A DNA stretch of 64,000 nt, from sequence record ON287376.1; one strand, written 5' to 3'. Below are positions 19,757 to 28,931 of this stretch, piece by piece. The notes under the pieces are model-generated. The model did not search any database. It worked only from the letters and a program-made list of their open reading frames with translations, and was not told the origin of the DNA. Each line of letters begins with the position of its first letter. The first letter of the stretch is position 1. Both the position numbers and the translations under genes were made by a program.

Positions 19757-20116
19757 ATGGAAAATACGATGAGAAGAAACCAAGCAGTAATCGATAAATC
19801 AATCGAAGAACTGAACGATCTGTGCATTGGTGGCCCAGAGACTAAAGAGAAAACTCTGGCAATCAGCTCTGCTATGATGCAGATCTTTACCAACGGCTTA
19901 GGCTTGATGGTAAGTGCCTCTGAGGAAGGGAAGTATCCTCTGGGCAAATACGATTCATTCGCTGAAGTAAGTTTAGCGTCTAGTCGTATCTACGGTCAGA
20001 TCGTAGTCTTCCGTGTACGCATTGGTTGGCAGGACACGACGTTCACTCGATTCGTGTTCCTGGATGAAGCAGGTGCTCCAGCCGCGGCCGTTGATGATAT
20101 CGGTACTCCGTACTAA
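19757..20116 (+). CDS. hypothetical protein
   Basis: ORF followed by a hairpin terminator. Confidence 0.6.
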   Translation: MENTMRRNQAVIDKSIEELNDLCIGGPETKEKTLAISSAMMQIFTNGLGLMVSASEEGKYPLGKYDSFAEVSLASSRIYGQIVVFRVRIGWQDTTFTRFVFLDEAGAPAAAVDDIGTPY

Positions 20117-20243
20117 GTAAAAATGATCCAGCTCATTCCTCTAACCAGGAGTGGGTTGGGTTATTCCTTTTATTTTTTGACGCTATGTATCCATGGTATA
20201 GCGATTATGCTAGTTTAACTATTGAAAACAAGGGAAGAGAAAC

Positions 20244-20891
20244 ATGTCTGATACTCGTAAGCCAACTAAGATCCTGAGCATGGGTAAGCTCGTAGTAGAA
20301 GAGCAAATGGTTCGTGTGGTCGATATTAATCTTCTGGATCAAAACGGTGCACAACGCCCGGATATGGAAGCATTCAATCCAGCCTTCGGCTTCACTAAAG
20401 ATCCGGTAGTATTCCAGAACCCAATGGCAATGTTCGGTTGCGCCAGCTCTATCGAAGAGCTGAACGAGGCGATTAAACCTCACTACGAAAACCTGCCGTG
20501 GGAACTGTTCGAACTGATCGCTACCTTCAGCGAGACGTTCCGTATCTCCATCATGGTGAGCGCTAACAAAACGATCACCGCGCTGCTGGAAAGCAACGAA
20601 AGTACCACGCTGGCCTGGTGGGTACCTAACCAGGGCGTGATCTATACTTCCTCTACCGATCGGGTACAGGCGATTCAACGTCGTCCACTCAACCCATCTG
20701 AAGTTCTGTATGCATTCAGCATTGCGTTGGCACAGCTCGGTATCGGCGCGCCAGCGGTTAGCATCTCTCGTACCGAAGACAACGAAGGCGTAGCGGTTAC
20801 TTATATCGACCAGGAAATGGCGATGAGCAACCCAGGTGCGTGTCGTATCTCTTTCGTGTTCCCATCCATGGCCACGGAAGTAAAACACTAA
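20244..20891 (+). CDS. hypothetical protein (highly codon-biased)
   Basis: SD gggaagag; the antisense ORF is its shadow. Confidence 0.7.
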   Translation: MSDTRKPTKILSMGKLVVEEQMVRVVDINLLDQNGAQRPDMEAFNPAFGFTKDPVVFQNPMAMFGCASSIEELNEAIKPHYENLPWELFELIATFSETFRISIMVSANKTITALLESNESTTLAWWVPNQGVIYTSSTDRVQAIQRRPLNPSEVLYAFSIALAQLGIGAPAVSISRTEDNEGVAVTYIDQEMAMSNPGACRISFVFPSMATEVKH

Positions 20892-21011
20892 TTCATTCGA
20901 CATGAGGGAGTTCGCTCCCTCTTTTTGTACAGGAGGATATAAACGCGAAGTGGTAACACTCTCCTCTCGCCAAGGTACTCGTTAAACACGACTACTTGAG
21001 GAAAAAAGAAC

Positions 21012-21680
21012 ATGCGCATGGTATTCTGGACTCTTGTCCTTTGCTTGGTAACCTTCAGTTTCCCAGCAACCGCATCTGTATCCGTGAACCAGGCCGGTTG
21101 GAATAAACACAAAACCGTCTTGCTTTCTACGTCCAAACGTACGGACGTAAACATGATGGATCTAGTCATTTTGGCTAGCATCGAATCAACTATGGGTCAA
21201 AACCGACATAACCGTTCCAGCTCCGCCGCAGGTCTGTTTGGGTTCACCGACAGTACGTGGCGTGTAATGGTTAAGCGTTACGGTAAGCAGTACGGTATTC
21301 GACCTGGCACCAGTAAACAAAACCCGCGGGCCAACGCTTTGATGGCTGCGGAATACATCAAGGAAAATCAACGATATCTTGAGAAGCAACTTCACCGTAA
21401 AGTCGGCATCGAAGAAATCTACATGGCTCACTTGCTCGGGCCTGGAGACGCTGTCAAGATCCTCAAAGCGCGTAACAACCGTTACGCTTCTTCCGTAACG
21501 CCTAGTGCTGCTCGGGGCAATAAAGCGTTCTTCTACGATAAAGGACGTGCTCGTACTGTAGCAGGATTTAAGCAATACGTTCATTCGAAAGTTAACAGCC
21601 ACCGTAAAGCTTATAAAAGCGAAGTGGTTCTCTTAGCTTACAAACATCAACTCCCCCTAACTTTAGCTGACGCAACTTAA
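21012..21680 (+). CDS. lytic transglycosylase (SLT-like) with N-terminal signal peptide
   Basis: IES...SSAAGLFGF..STW...YGKQYG...NPRANALM.AEYIKEN...Y.AH.LGPG, resembling the phiKZ gp144/gp181 catalytic domain; N-terminus MRMVFWTLVLCLVTFSFPATA. Confidence 0.85.
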   Translation: MRMVFWTLVLCLVTFSFPATASVSVNQAGWNKHKTVLLSTSKRTDVNMMDLVILASIESTMGQNRHNRSSSAAGLFGFTDSTWRVMVKRYGKQYGIRPGTSKQNPRANALMAAEYIKENQRYLEKQLHRKVGIEEIYMAHLLGPGDAVKILKARNNRYASSVTPSAARGNKAFFYDKGRARTVAGFKQYVHSKVNSHRKAYKSEVVLLAYKHQLPLTLADAT

Positions 21681-21768
21681 GCGTTCCGGGAATAACGAAG
21701 TGACCATGGCGAGAGTAACTCATCCTTTCCTCTAGTTAATTCTAGAGGAAAGGGATCTATTCACTATT

Positions 21769-22314
21769 TTGTTAAAACAAGGAAACAAAATGATTCACTA
21801 TTCTCTGACTTTTCCATGTGGTTTGATCGAACGTGTCTCTAAGAAAGGAGATGCAACTATCGTCACTGCTAATATCGCCAAGGGGAATTTCCACTTTAAC
21901 GTACGCGGTGTTCGGGTCTACGATTCTTCCGTAGATAAGAAGCTCCCTAAGGAACATAAGGCTGCTATCGAGAAGTGTGAGCTCTACGGAGTTTGGCTGC
22001 ATGTTCAGAAACACGGCGTCCCACCGAAGGTTCAGTTCTTCTCAGACCTGCCGTATTACTTAGACGACTCGAAAGAGTTCCCTAAGTTCGTTCAGAGTTT
22101 CTGTGGTAAAGATGCCTCTGTGGTCGAGCTCTATTTCAAGCCAGGTTATGACGATGACCTTTTCAAGTCTATCGTAGAGGCCGCAGGTCGACCGGTACCT
22201 TACCTCAACCCGATTAACCGACCTACGCTTTATGATGCGTTGACTTTCGACGTATTCGCGTCAGCGTTCAACCCTCGTGAACTTAAACAAAACATGTCTC
22301 GTGCAAAAGGATAA
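21769..22314 (+). CDS. hypothetical protein (start probably ATG 21790)
   Basis: SD aagga before ATG 21790. Confidence 0.6.
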   Translation: MLKQGNKMIHYSLTFPCGLIERVSKKGDATIVTANIAKGNFHFNVRGVRVYDSSVDKKLPKEHKAAIEKCELYGVWLHVQKHGVPPKVQFFSDLPYYLDDSKEFPKFVQSFCGKDASVVELYFKPGYDDDLFKSIVEAAGRPVPYLNPINRPTLYDALTFDVFASAFNPRELKQNMSRAKG

Positions 22315-22320
22315 CTGAAA

Positions 22321-22929
22321 ATGAAAACTGATTATATCCAAGTCTTTAACTCCGGCTCAGTAAACGTTGAATCTCGCAGAGTAGACAACGACCAACTCCA
22401 TTATGTCATTCGCATTGATGGTGGCGTTCAGGTTACATTCACCTCCGTAAAACTTCCACTGACCTTCGTACTCGAGCGAGCTTATATCCTGCACTACTAC
22501 GAAAACTATGGTGGTTCTAACTATTGGAAGAAAGCGGTCCCTTCTGCTATCGCGGAAGCCCTTCGTACCATCAGCACTACTCATCTGGTCGGGGAAGTTT
22601 ATCTCGATACTTTCAAGCGTCTGATCGTTTCCGGCCAGGGTCGTTTGAACATTCCCCACATGGTGAGGGAAGTTGCTAAGTTGATCGATATGGGTACCGA
22701 AGATTTTACTGTTAGGGTACAACGTTTCGAACTGAGTACCGACAGCAAGTTCCAGGTAATTCAAACTCTGTCAGCGGTATTCGATTTCGGCGAAGATCAT
22801 TTCCGCCCGACCAAAACGGTCACCTTCACCCGCGTCGTTCCACAAGGCGCCTATCCGTTTAATTACCAAGAATTGGCTCAAGCTATGCGCGCTGAAGTCA
22901 ATTTAGTTATCCGTGACATCAACGGCTAA
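22321..22929 (+). CDS. hypothetical protein
   Basis: Co-directional operon ORF. Confidence 0.6.
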   Translation: MKTDYIQVFNSGSVNVESRRVDNDQLHYVIRIDGGVQVTFTSVKLPLTFVLERAYILHYYENYGGSNYWKKAVPSAIAEALRTISTTHLVGEVYLDTFKRLIVSGQGRLNIPHMVREVAKLIDMGTEDFTVRVQRFELSTDSKFQVIQTLSAVFDFGEDHFRPTKTVTFTRVVPQGAYPFNYQELAQAMRAEVNLVIRDING

Positions 22930-22989
22930 ATAACAACATACTCGCCTAGGGAATTCCCTAGGCGTTTTATACCGTATATCGGAGTAGTC

Positions 22990-23568
22990 ATGAAAGATTC
23001 AATTAAACACGCGTTTCGTACCGTACTTGAAACATACCGTACTGAGATAGAGCCATCACGAGTCATTAGCGACCATGGTGGTATTGCCTTATTCCACCAA
23101 TTTGAAACTGATTTACCAGAAGAACACATCCATACGGCTGCATTGATTAACATTACAGATCACGTAGATCTCTTCGACATTGATCCTCTACGTGGTATCT
23201 GCCTACCCTGTGCATTATTTGTTACTGCCTATATGCAGGATGTTTACGGGTATGACGTAGTTAGGCAGGATCTTAAAGTACCGAATGAAGACTTCAGTGA
23301 TTCGGTATTCCTTCATACTTTCATCTTGGAAGACGGTCTGCACTTCGATACATGTTACGTCGAAGGTCTGCGCTATATCCACGATCATCCTTTACTGCGC
23401 CAATTCGATGAAGACGAAGATTGGTGGTTATCATTCTCGGATACTAAAGAAGATTACGGTATTATCCATAAGGGTACGGAACTTAGTGACTTCTTCGTTA
23501 AATGCGCTGATTTGATCTACCCCGCTGCGTGCTCCCGTACGGAATTCAAAAAGATATTCCTTAACTAA
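22990..23568 (+). CDS. putative papain/transglutaminase-like (Cys-His-Asp) protein
   Basis: G.C..CA ... HTF...DG..FD pattern, shared with 59559..59999; SD ggag. Confidence 0.45.
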   Translation: MKDSIKHAFRTVLETYRTEIEPSRVISDHGGIALFHQFETDLPEEHIHTAALINITDHVDLFDIDPLRGICLPCALFVTAYMQDVYGYDVVRQDLKVPNEDFSDSVFLHTFILEDGLHFDTCYVEGLRYIHDHPLLRQFDEDEDWWLSFSDTKEDYGIIHKGTELSDFFVKCADLIYPAACSRTEFKKIFLN

Positions 23569-23657
23569 GTTACGTAAAAAATAAACTCATCATCGTAGTC
23601 TATGTACGGGATTCTCTTTAGAGTATCCTTTAGTTCATTAACGAAGAGAGATTTCTC

Positions 23658-24257
23658 ATGGCTAAAAGTAATGAGAATGAAGTAGCGTTCTTCTTCCAGA
23701 TTACGCCCGAAACACGGCAGACTCTGTTGGAGACACCAGACTACCTCATCATCACTCAGTCGGAAATCCAAACCGTAGCCGACAACGGCCTGCGGTTAAC
23801 TAACCGTGTTCGTCGTACCGAAGCTGTTCAGGCTAAGACCTCAGTTGGGGTTGTGTTTGAGTGCGCGACTAAATATCGGTTCCCTGGTAAACCCGGCGAT
23901 ATGACTTCTCGTTGTCTGGAACGTGAATTCCAAGTTAGCGAAGAAGAATACGAACTTGCGTTGCCTTTTGGTGAGCGAGTTTACCACAAGCGTCGTTTCT
24001 CATTCAACTTAGCTGGATTTGAAGCAGACCTTGACTGGTTCGTCGAGAAAGAGTCTAACGACTTCGGCGAATGGGTTAAACTGGATATCAATGTTCCTGA
24101 GGAAGGCATCACTGACAGTAAGCTCTATCAGTTACTGACTAAGTTGCCGCAATCAGGCATCACTATTGCAAACCTGATTAACCCGCCTGGTATTTACAAC
24201 GAACGTATCAAATCCACTATTAGTGACCTGATGCAGAATACCTGGAACCTGGCATAA
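23658..24257 (+). CDS. CYTH-like (triphosphate tunnel) domain protein
   Basis: N-terminal ENEVAF, ERE..V, K.R..F, .D.D.F, W..LDI pattern. Confidence 0.55.
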   Translation: MAKSNENEVAFFFQITPETRQTLLETPDYLIITQSEIQTVADNGLRLTNRVRRTEAVQAKTSVGVVFECATKYRFPGKPGDMTSRCLEREFQVSEEEYELALPFGERVYHKRRFSFNLAGFEADLDWFVEKESNDFGEWVKLDINVPEEGITDSKLYQLLTKLPQSGITIANLINPPGIYNERIKSTISDLMQNTWNLA

Positions 24258-24327
24258 AGCCAACCGTACGGCGTAGGGGAATTCCTCTACGCCAAAATAC
24301 CCATTTATTTTTGAGGAGTATATCTCC

Positions 24328-24768
24328 ATGCGCAAACAATGTATTATTTGTAACGTAACCTTCGATCTTTCCCAATTCATGCGTGACGGTAAAGAACATG
24401 CCGATTGCAATGGTTGCAACTGCTTCCAAAAAGCGAAGCCTGCTGCCAAAGTATTTGAACGTGTTACTGAGGTAAAAGATACCTGCAAGTGCCCGACGTG
24501 TTTAGAAGAGAAATCGATTAAAGAGTTCACAAAGGACTACAAGGTATATCGTTATTGCAATACCTGTCGTACCGAAGCACTCGAAAAACGAAGTGCAAAA
24601 AACAAAGAACTCTTGGGTGCATTCGCGCCCAAATCTCAAACGCTTTGCCGCTGTTATCGTTGCGGTCGCATTAGTGCCACAACGAGTGGGGATTTTAAAA
24701 TATCAACAACCTCCGAAACAGGGTATAGCTTTTACTGTTATACGGTTTGTAAAGGGAGACGTGGATGA
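24328..24768 (+). CDS. tandem zinc-finger protein (three CxxC...CxxC units)
   Basis: CIIC..CNGC, CPTC..CNTC, CYRC..CYTVC; no nuclease motif seen. Confidence 0.65.
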   Translation: MRKQCIICNVTFDLSQFMRDGKEHADCNGCNCFQKAKPAAKVFERVTEVKDTCKCPTCLEEKSIKEFTKDYKVYRYCNTCRTEALEKRSAKNKELLGAFAPKSQTLCRCYRCGRISATTSGDFKISTTSETGYSFYCYTVCKGRRG

Positions 24769-25226
24769 AAGTCACCGTTAAACTTTCTGAAGGTATTGTT
24801 CAGAACGTTTCAGTGATCGATGATAGTAACGACGTAGTGCTGAACATCGCCCGTCGTTCCTCGGTAGCCAGACATTGTTTAATCGTTGGTACCAAAGACG
24901 GTTTACAAGTTTACCGCATTACTCGTACGCAGGCTGGTCGTAAGTTACCGATTCGCCCACTACTTAATCTCATCGAAGAAGATCTGAAAAGTCACTATAA
25001 CTTAATGTTCCGTGGCGTATGCTGGGGTAAGCCGTCCTACTCTGTTTACAATGGCGTTAACCACTTCGTACTCAATACCTGCTTTATTAGTACCTGGGAA
25101 GGCGAAATCACCGAAGTCTTTAAAGAGACTCTGGAAAAGGCTGGGCTAGACACAGTTCCCAAAGCTGGACTTGTCGAGTTCATCAAGTACTTTACCTTCC
25201 AAACACCTGAGCCAGAAGAAGAATAG
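24765..25226 (+). CDS. hypothetical protein
   Basis: ATGA coupling; SD ggag. Confidence 0.6.
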   Translation: MKVTVKLSEGIVQNVSVIDDSNDVVLNIARRSSVARHCLIVGTKDGLQVYRITRTQAGRKLPIRPLLNLIEEDLKSHYNLMFRGVCWGKPSYSVYNGVNHFVLNTCFISTWEGEITEVFKETLEKAGLDTVPKAGLVEFIKYFTFQTPEPEEE

Positions 25227-25301
25227 AGAGAGCCTCTGCACACTTTGTGTGCAGAGGTTTTTCTTTCTGTTACCCTCTTTTCTTTTTTGTTAGGAGTGCC
25301 C

Positions 25302-26108
25302 ATGGAACAAGTCACCTCAGCTATACCTGAGTCTACTGTAGATGAAAACAAGTATGCCATGACCTTCATGCTTTCTTTCAAACCAGAGAATGTAACACCT
25401 GGGTCATTGATTATCGACTTGTATGCCAATGGGGAAACTTACCCCGTACTGCTCTCTGTACCGCTGGGCTATGAAGTTCCATTTGAGAACACCGGGGACG
25501 TTAAGAAGATTATTGAAACCCTGATGAAAGGGGGTGCTAAGTTCACGGATGATTGGAGGATTGTTTCTACTTTCCTGGTCCACAAGGTCATCCTCATCGA
25601 CGATATGTATCGCTTTGAGTTTGGTGAAGTCGTTTGCGTTCCACACGTAGACGAAGATGGGTTCGTTAGCGACTATCAGGTTTTGGCTGACGATACTGAA
25701 CTCGATATGTCTGTTCACCGCATTGATCGCCATCTCATTGTTGTTCACGATAAAATCAGCAATGAAGATATTACCGTCCACATGGTGACTGAAGATCAAC
25801 CGGTTAAAACTGGGGACTGCATCGCCACAATCTTCGATATCGATACCAAGGAGAACTTCATCTACAACCTTTACAACTACAAACGTAAAGACGATGAAGA
25901 AAAGACCAACTACATCTGCGCCATGGTTTGGTTGACTCAAACTCAATCACTTGGTCAGTTTAGTTTCATGACAGGTGACTTCAGTTTGGCTAAGAGCGAC
26001 TTAGGTGATATTGACCCAGGTTACCTTGCAGCGACAGTAACAGAACCAGACGGAACTGAGTACGATTTCGAAATTCCTAAAGAGCACTATATCGCCTCAC
26101 TTCACTAA
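25302..26108 (+). CDS. hypothetical acidic protein
   Basis: SD aggag before ATG 25302 (MEQVTS...), within the track ORF 25245..26108. Confidence 0.65.
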   Translation: MEQVTSAIPESTVDENKYAMTFMLSFKPENVTPGSLIIDLYANGETYPVLLSVPLGYEVPFENTGDVKKIIETLMKGGAKFTDDWRIVSTFLVHKVILIDDMYRFEFGEVVCVPHVDEDGFVSDYQVLADDTELDMSVHRIDRHLIVVHDKISNEDITVHMVTEDQPVKTGDCIATIFDIDTKENFIYNLYNYKRKDDEEKTNYICAMVWLTQTQSLGQFSFMTGDFSLAKSDLGDIDPGYLAATVTEPDGTEYDFEIPKEHYIASLH

Positions 26109-26148
26109 AACAAAATAGGTAGGAGGGTTTCCCCTCCTACTTGTGACC

Positions 26149-26982
26149 TTACATGAATCCGCCGATAAGGTTTCGGTAATAGTTCCCAGCTGCACTGGCA
26201 TCCGAAAGGAAGTTGACAGCTTGCCATTCTTCCCTGAAGTATTCTTTATAGAGCTCTGCTGCATCCGAGTATCCGTCGACGAACTCTTGGATGACTGGCA
26301 TTTCACTACCACCTTCCAAGTAGCCCTGATTAAGACTTACCTTCAGATTATTATAGATCCATGCTTTCGTTGCATAGACGCACAGCTGAACAAATTGTGG
26401 AACAGCCCTAGGTGGCAGGGTATTCATATCAGCGTCATGGGAAACACGGCAGGTAATAGAGCCTTGTTTAACAGAACCCATGTAGTCCGTGATGAGAATC
26501 GTATTCTCACCAATCAGACGGACAGCTGCTGAACCCGTAAGACCACCTGGGGCGGCGGAGGTGAGGATTTTAGATGCGTAGTTCATCAACTGGGAGTTAC
26601 CGCAGTTGTTCATCGAGTAGTCGTTGTTCAACGTACCACCGATCATGGTTTGTGCACCCAGGTTATACGTATAGTTGAAGTACAACGTTTCAACAATAGT
26701 ACGACCTTGAGTTAAACGTTTAGGGATACGTACCACGGTACGATAGTCACCGGTTGGATCAGGGATAACTTCCGCTTGAGCTAATGGGATGTTAATCTCA
26801 AGAGCACCGAGAAGGTTACAATCTGCCCTGACTTTCGCATCGATAACTTTGTTACGGATCTCCCAGTCCAATGACCCCGGAGAGATTCGTTCCCTTCCTC
26901 GTTTACCGAGAAATGCTATTTCAAGGACATCGGTTGGAATTTCAAACCGAATATCCGAGATAACTTTATGAAGGACTGACAT
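26149..26982 (-). CDS. conserved phiKZ-like (probable virion) protein, divergent from phuZ
   Basis: 277 aa; SD aggagg on the minus strand; synteny. Confidence 0.6.
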   Translation of the reverse strand: MSVLHKVISDIRFEIPTDVLEIAFLGKRGRERISPGSLDWEIRNKVIDAKVRADCNLLGALEINIPLAQAEVIPDPTGDYRTVVRIPKRLTQGRTIVETLYFNYTYNLGAQTMIGGTLNNDYSMNNCGNSQLMNYASKILTSAAPGGLTGSAAVRLIGENTILITDYMGSVKQGSITCRVSHDADMNTLPPRAVPQFVQLCVYATKAWIYNNLKVSLNQGYLEGGSEMPVIQEFVDGYSDAAELYKEYFREEWQAVNFLSDASAAGNYYRNLIGGFM

Positions 26983-27012
26983 GGGCTACCTCCTAGTAGG
27001 GTCCGTCAGGTT

Positions 27013-27040
27013 ATTTTTTACATCTCTTCTGAAGATGTGT
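27013..27040 (+). promoter_or_regulatory. second promoter class (TTTTTAC-N13/14-RTRTG) upstream of phuZ
   Basis: ttttttacatctcttctgaagatgtg; similar spacing at 19562, 36292, 44238, 60006 and 63812. Confidence 0.5.
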
Positions 27041-27088
27041 AGCAATTACACAGATAAAGTAGTTTTTTCTTATCAGTAGTGAGGAAAT

Positions 27089-28051
27089 ATGCAAACTCGT
27101 AATAGCGTCTCTATCTATGGTTGTGGCGGTGCCGGTATCGACCTGGTAAACCGTCTGCTCGATCAAGACCTCAGTGGTCTGGCTTATGTCAACGCTGCCT
27201 TCGTAGACAGCAGCAAATCCAACTTCAACGGCCGCTACGATCCTAAGACGTGTTACGTCCTGGAAGGCGTAGATGGCTCCGGTAAAGAGCGTTCGATCAA
27301 CTACCCTCTGATCGCTCGTGCAGTAGACGATGTTCTGCTGTCACACAAACCATCCGACCTGAACATCCTGGTCTTCTCTGCATCCGGCGGTACTGGTTCA
27401 GTATTCTCACTGAAAATCGCCGAAGCGCTGTGGGAACAAAACAAAGCCGTTCTGCTGTTCGTCGTCGGTTCGACCGAAAGCGGTAAAACCACCGGTAACG
27501 TTCTGGATACTCTGTATTCGATCGATACCATGGCTCGGAAGAAAAACGTCTCTGCGGTTGTCTACTACGACACCAATGGCAGCAACGTCCGTAACTCTGA
27601 AGTCGACATCAACATGCTGACCGGTATGCGTTGGATCCTGGATCTCTACGCAGGTACTCACCACGGCCTTGATAGCGCCGATGTTCTCAACTGGGCTCGT
27701 CCTACTAGCGGCGCCAAGGTAACTCCTCAGCTCTGCCTGCTGGACATCACCGAAGATCGCAACGAAGCGATCGAAATCGAAGCACCAATCTCTGTTGCTG
27801 AACTGCACGGTGACGACTATCGTGGTGAAGGTACTATCGCCGCTGACTACAGCGCGTATGGTAACCGTCGCGAAAGTGGTAAAGGTTCTCTGTACTTCAG
27901 CATCTACACCCATGGCCTGGGTTCGCTGATGGATGAACTGAAAACCATCAAGGACGATTACGAGCGCCGTAAGGCCTCTCGTGAGAAACTGACTTCTTCT
28001 GTAATGAAGAACTCTGGGCCGTCCGAAGACGACGGGATGTTTTTCTCCTAA
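27089..28051 (+). CDS. phuZ: PhuZ tubulin (phage spindle)
   Basis: GCGGAG at the N-terminus, GSGK, tubulin signature SASGGTGS, acidic-aromatic tail EDDGMFFS. Confidence 0.93.
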   Translation: MQTRNSVSIYGCGGAGIDLVNRLLDQDLSGLAYVNAAFVDSSKSNFNGRYDPKTCYVLEGVDGSGKERSINYPLIARAVDDVLLSHKPSDLNILVFSASGGTGSVFSLKIAEALWEQNKAVLLFVVGSTESGKTTGNVLDTLYSIDTMARKKNVSAVVYYDTNGSNVRNSEVDINMLTGMRWILDLYAGTHHGLDSADVLNWARPTSGAKVTPQLCLLDITEDRNEAIEIEAPISVAELHGDDYRGEGTIAADYSAYGNRRESGKGSLYFSIYTHGLGSLMDELKTIKDDYERRKASREKLTSSVMKNSGPSEDDGMFFS

Positions 28052-28372
28052 TAGTATGTAGAAAACATTCTTCGTGTTTCAAAGTAGTTCAATCTTGATC
28101 TTCGGCAGTTAACGCTGCGCTTGGATTCGGATAAAACTCTGGGCGGGGTTAACCTCCCGCTCCGTTTAACAATTTGGAAAAGGTCTGAAGAAGACCAACC
28201 CCTCGCGGATTAAGTTCCGTACATTAGCCGACTAAATCGTATTCGGCTCTAAACAAGATATACCGCACTATAGATCTGCAAACAAACGTTGAACGATTGA
28301 ACGCTGTAGCGTCTTCCTTCCGTAGCTATCTCCCTCGGCGACCTTAACCGGTCGTCGGGGAGAGATATGCTA
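28052..28372 (+). ncRNA. hairpin-rich non-coding tract downstream of phuZ (possible sRNA or long 3' UTR)
   Basis: No ORF of 60 aa or more; at least five stem-loops ending in a long hairpin at 28327-28367. Confidence 0.35.
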
Positions 28373-28405
28373 TTATGACTTTTTTGCTCGAAATGATTTC
28401 AGAAC

Positions 28406-28423
28406 TATATTACTACATTGATA
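28406..28423 (+). promoter_or_regulatory. early promoter driving the small-gene array
   Basis: aaatgatttca-gaac-tatattac-taca-ttgata. Confidence 0.7.
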
Positions 28424-28538
28424 GGAGTTTTATACTCTAGAACTTACTGTATCAAATTGTACGTAGCTTTCACTTATAATGAGGGTAGTTGCTGCACATT
28501 TGGTATTAAATTGAATCTGGTGGATTACAGGGACAATT

Positions 28539-28931
28539 ATGATTGGGCAAACTACAGTAGTAGGTAACGTACCATTGCTGTTACGTTCTATCACGAAACC
28601 TTATCCTTACTTAGTCCATGAGAACACGATCTTCCAATTGATGTTATTCACTTGGTGGAGTGTAGGTGACCTCGGCTGGGCAGAGCAGTTGTATACCTGG
28701 GTAATCAGGACGGGTAAGGATGAGCTTCCTCGAGCAGCCATGCTACTACCGGGAAGGAACCCGGTCGATTACGATAGGATGTTATTCGAGATATTTGATA
28801 ACGTCTGTAATCACGAAGACATCCTCACTGACTACATGATCTCGAGCTTCGACCATTATCGACATCTGTACATTGAGGAAATCTATTTTAGGAAAAGGGA
28901 ATTCACACTGAAACTAGCGGTGAGAAAATGA
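28539..28931 (+). CDS. small hypothetical protein (array gene 1)
   Basis: First gene after the early promoter. Confidence 0.6.
   Translation: MIGQTTVVGNVPLLLRSITKPYPYLVHENTIFQLMLFTWWSVGDLGWAEQLYTWVIRTGKDELPRAAMLLPGRNPVDYDRMLFEIFDNVCNHEDILTDYMISSFDHYRHLYIEEIYFRKREFTLKLAVRK

Noticed and set aside
28110-28140. TGGATTCG resembling the tmRNA/tRNA D-arm motif
   Set aside because: No acceptor stem, T-arm, CCA end or tag reading frame was found. No tRNA genes were recognised anywhere in the window.
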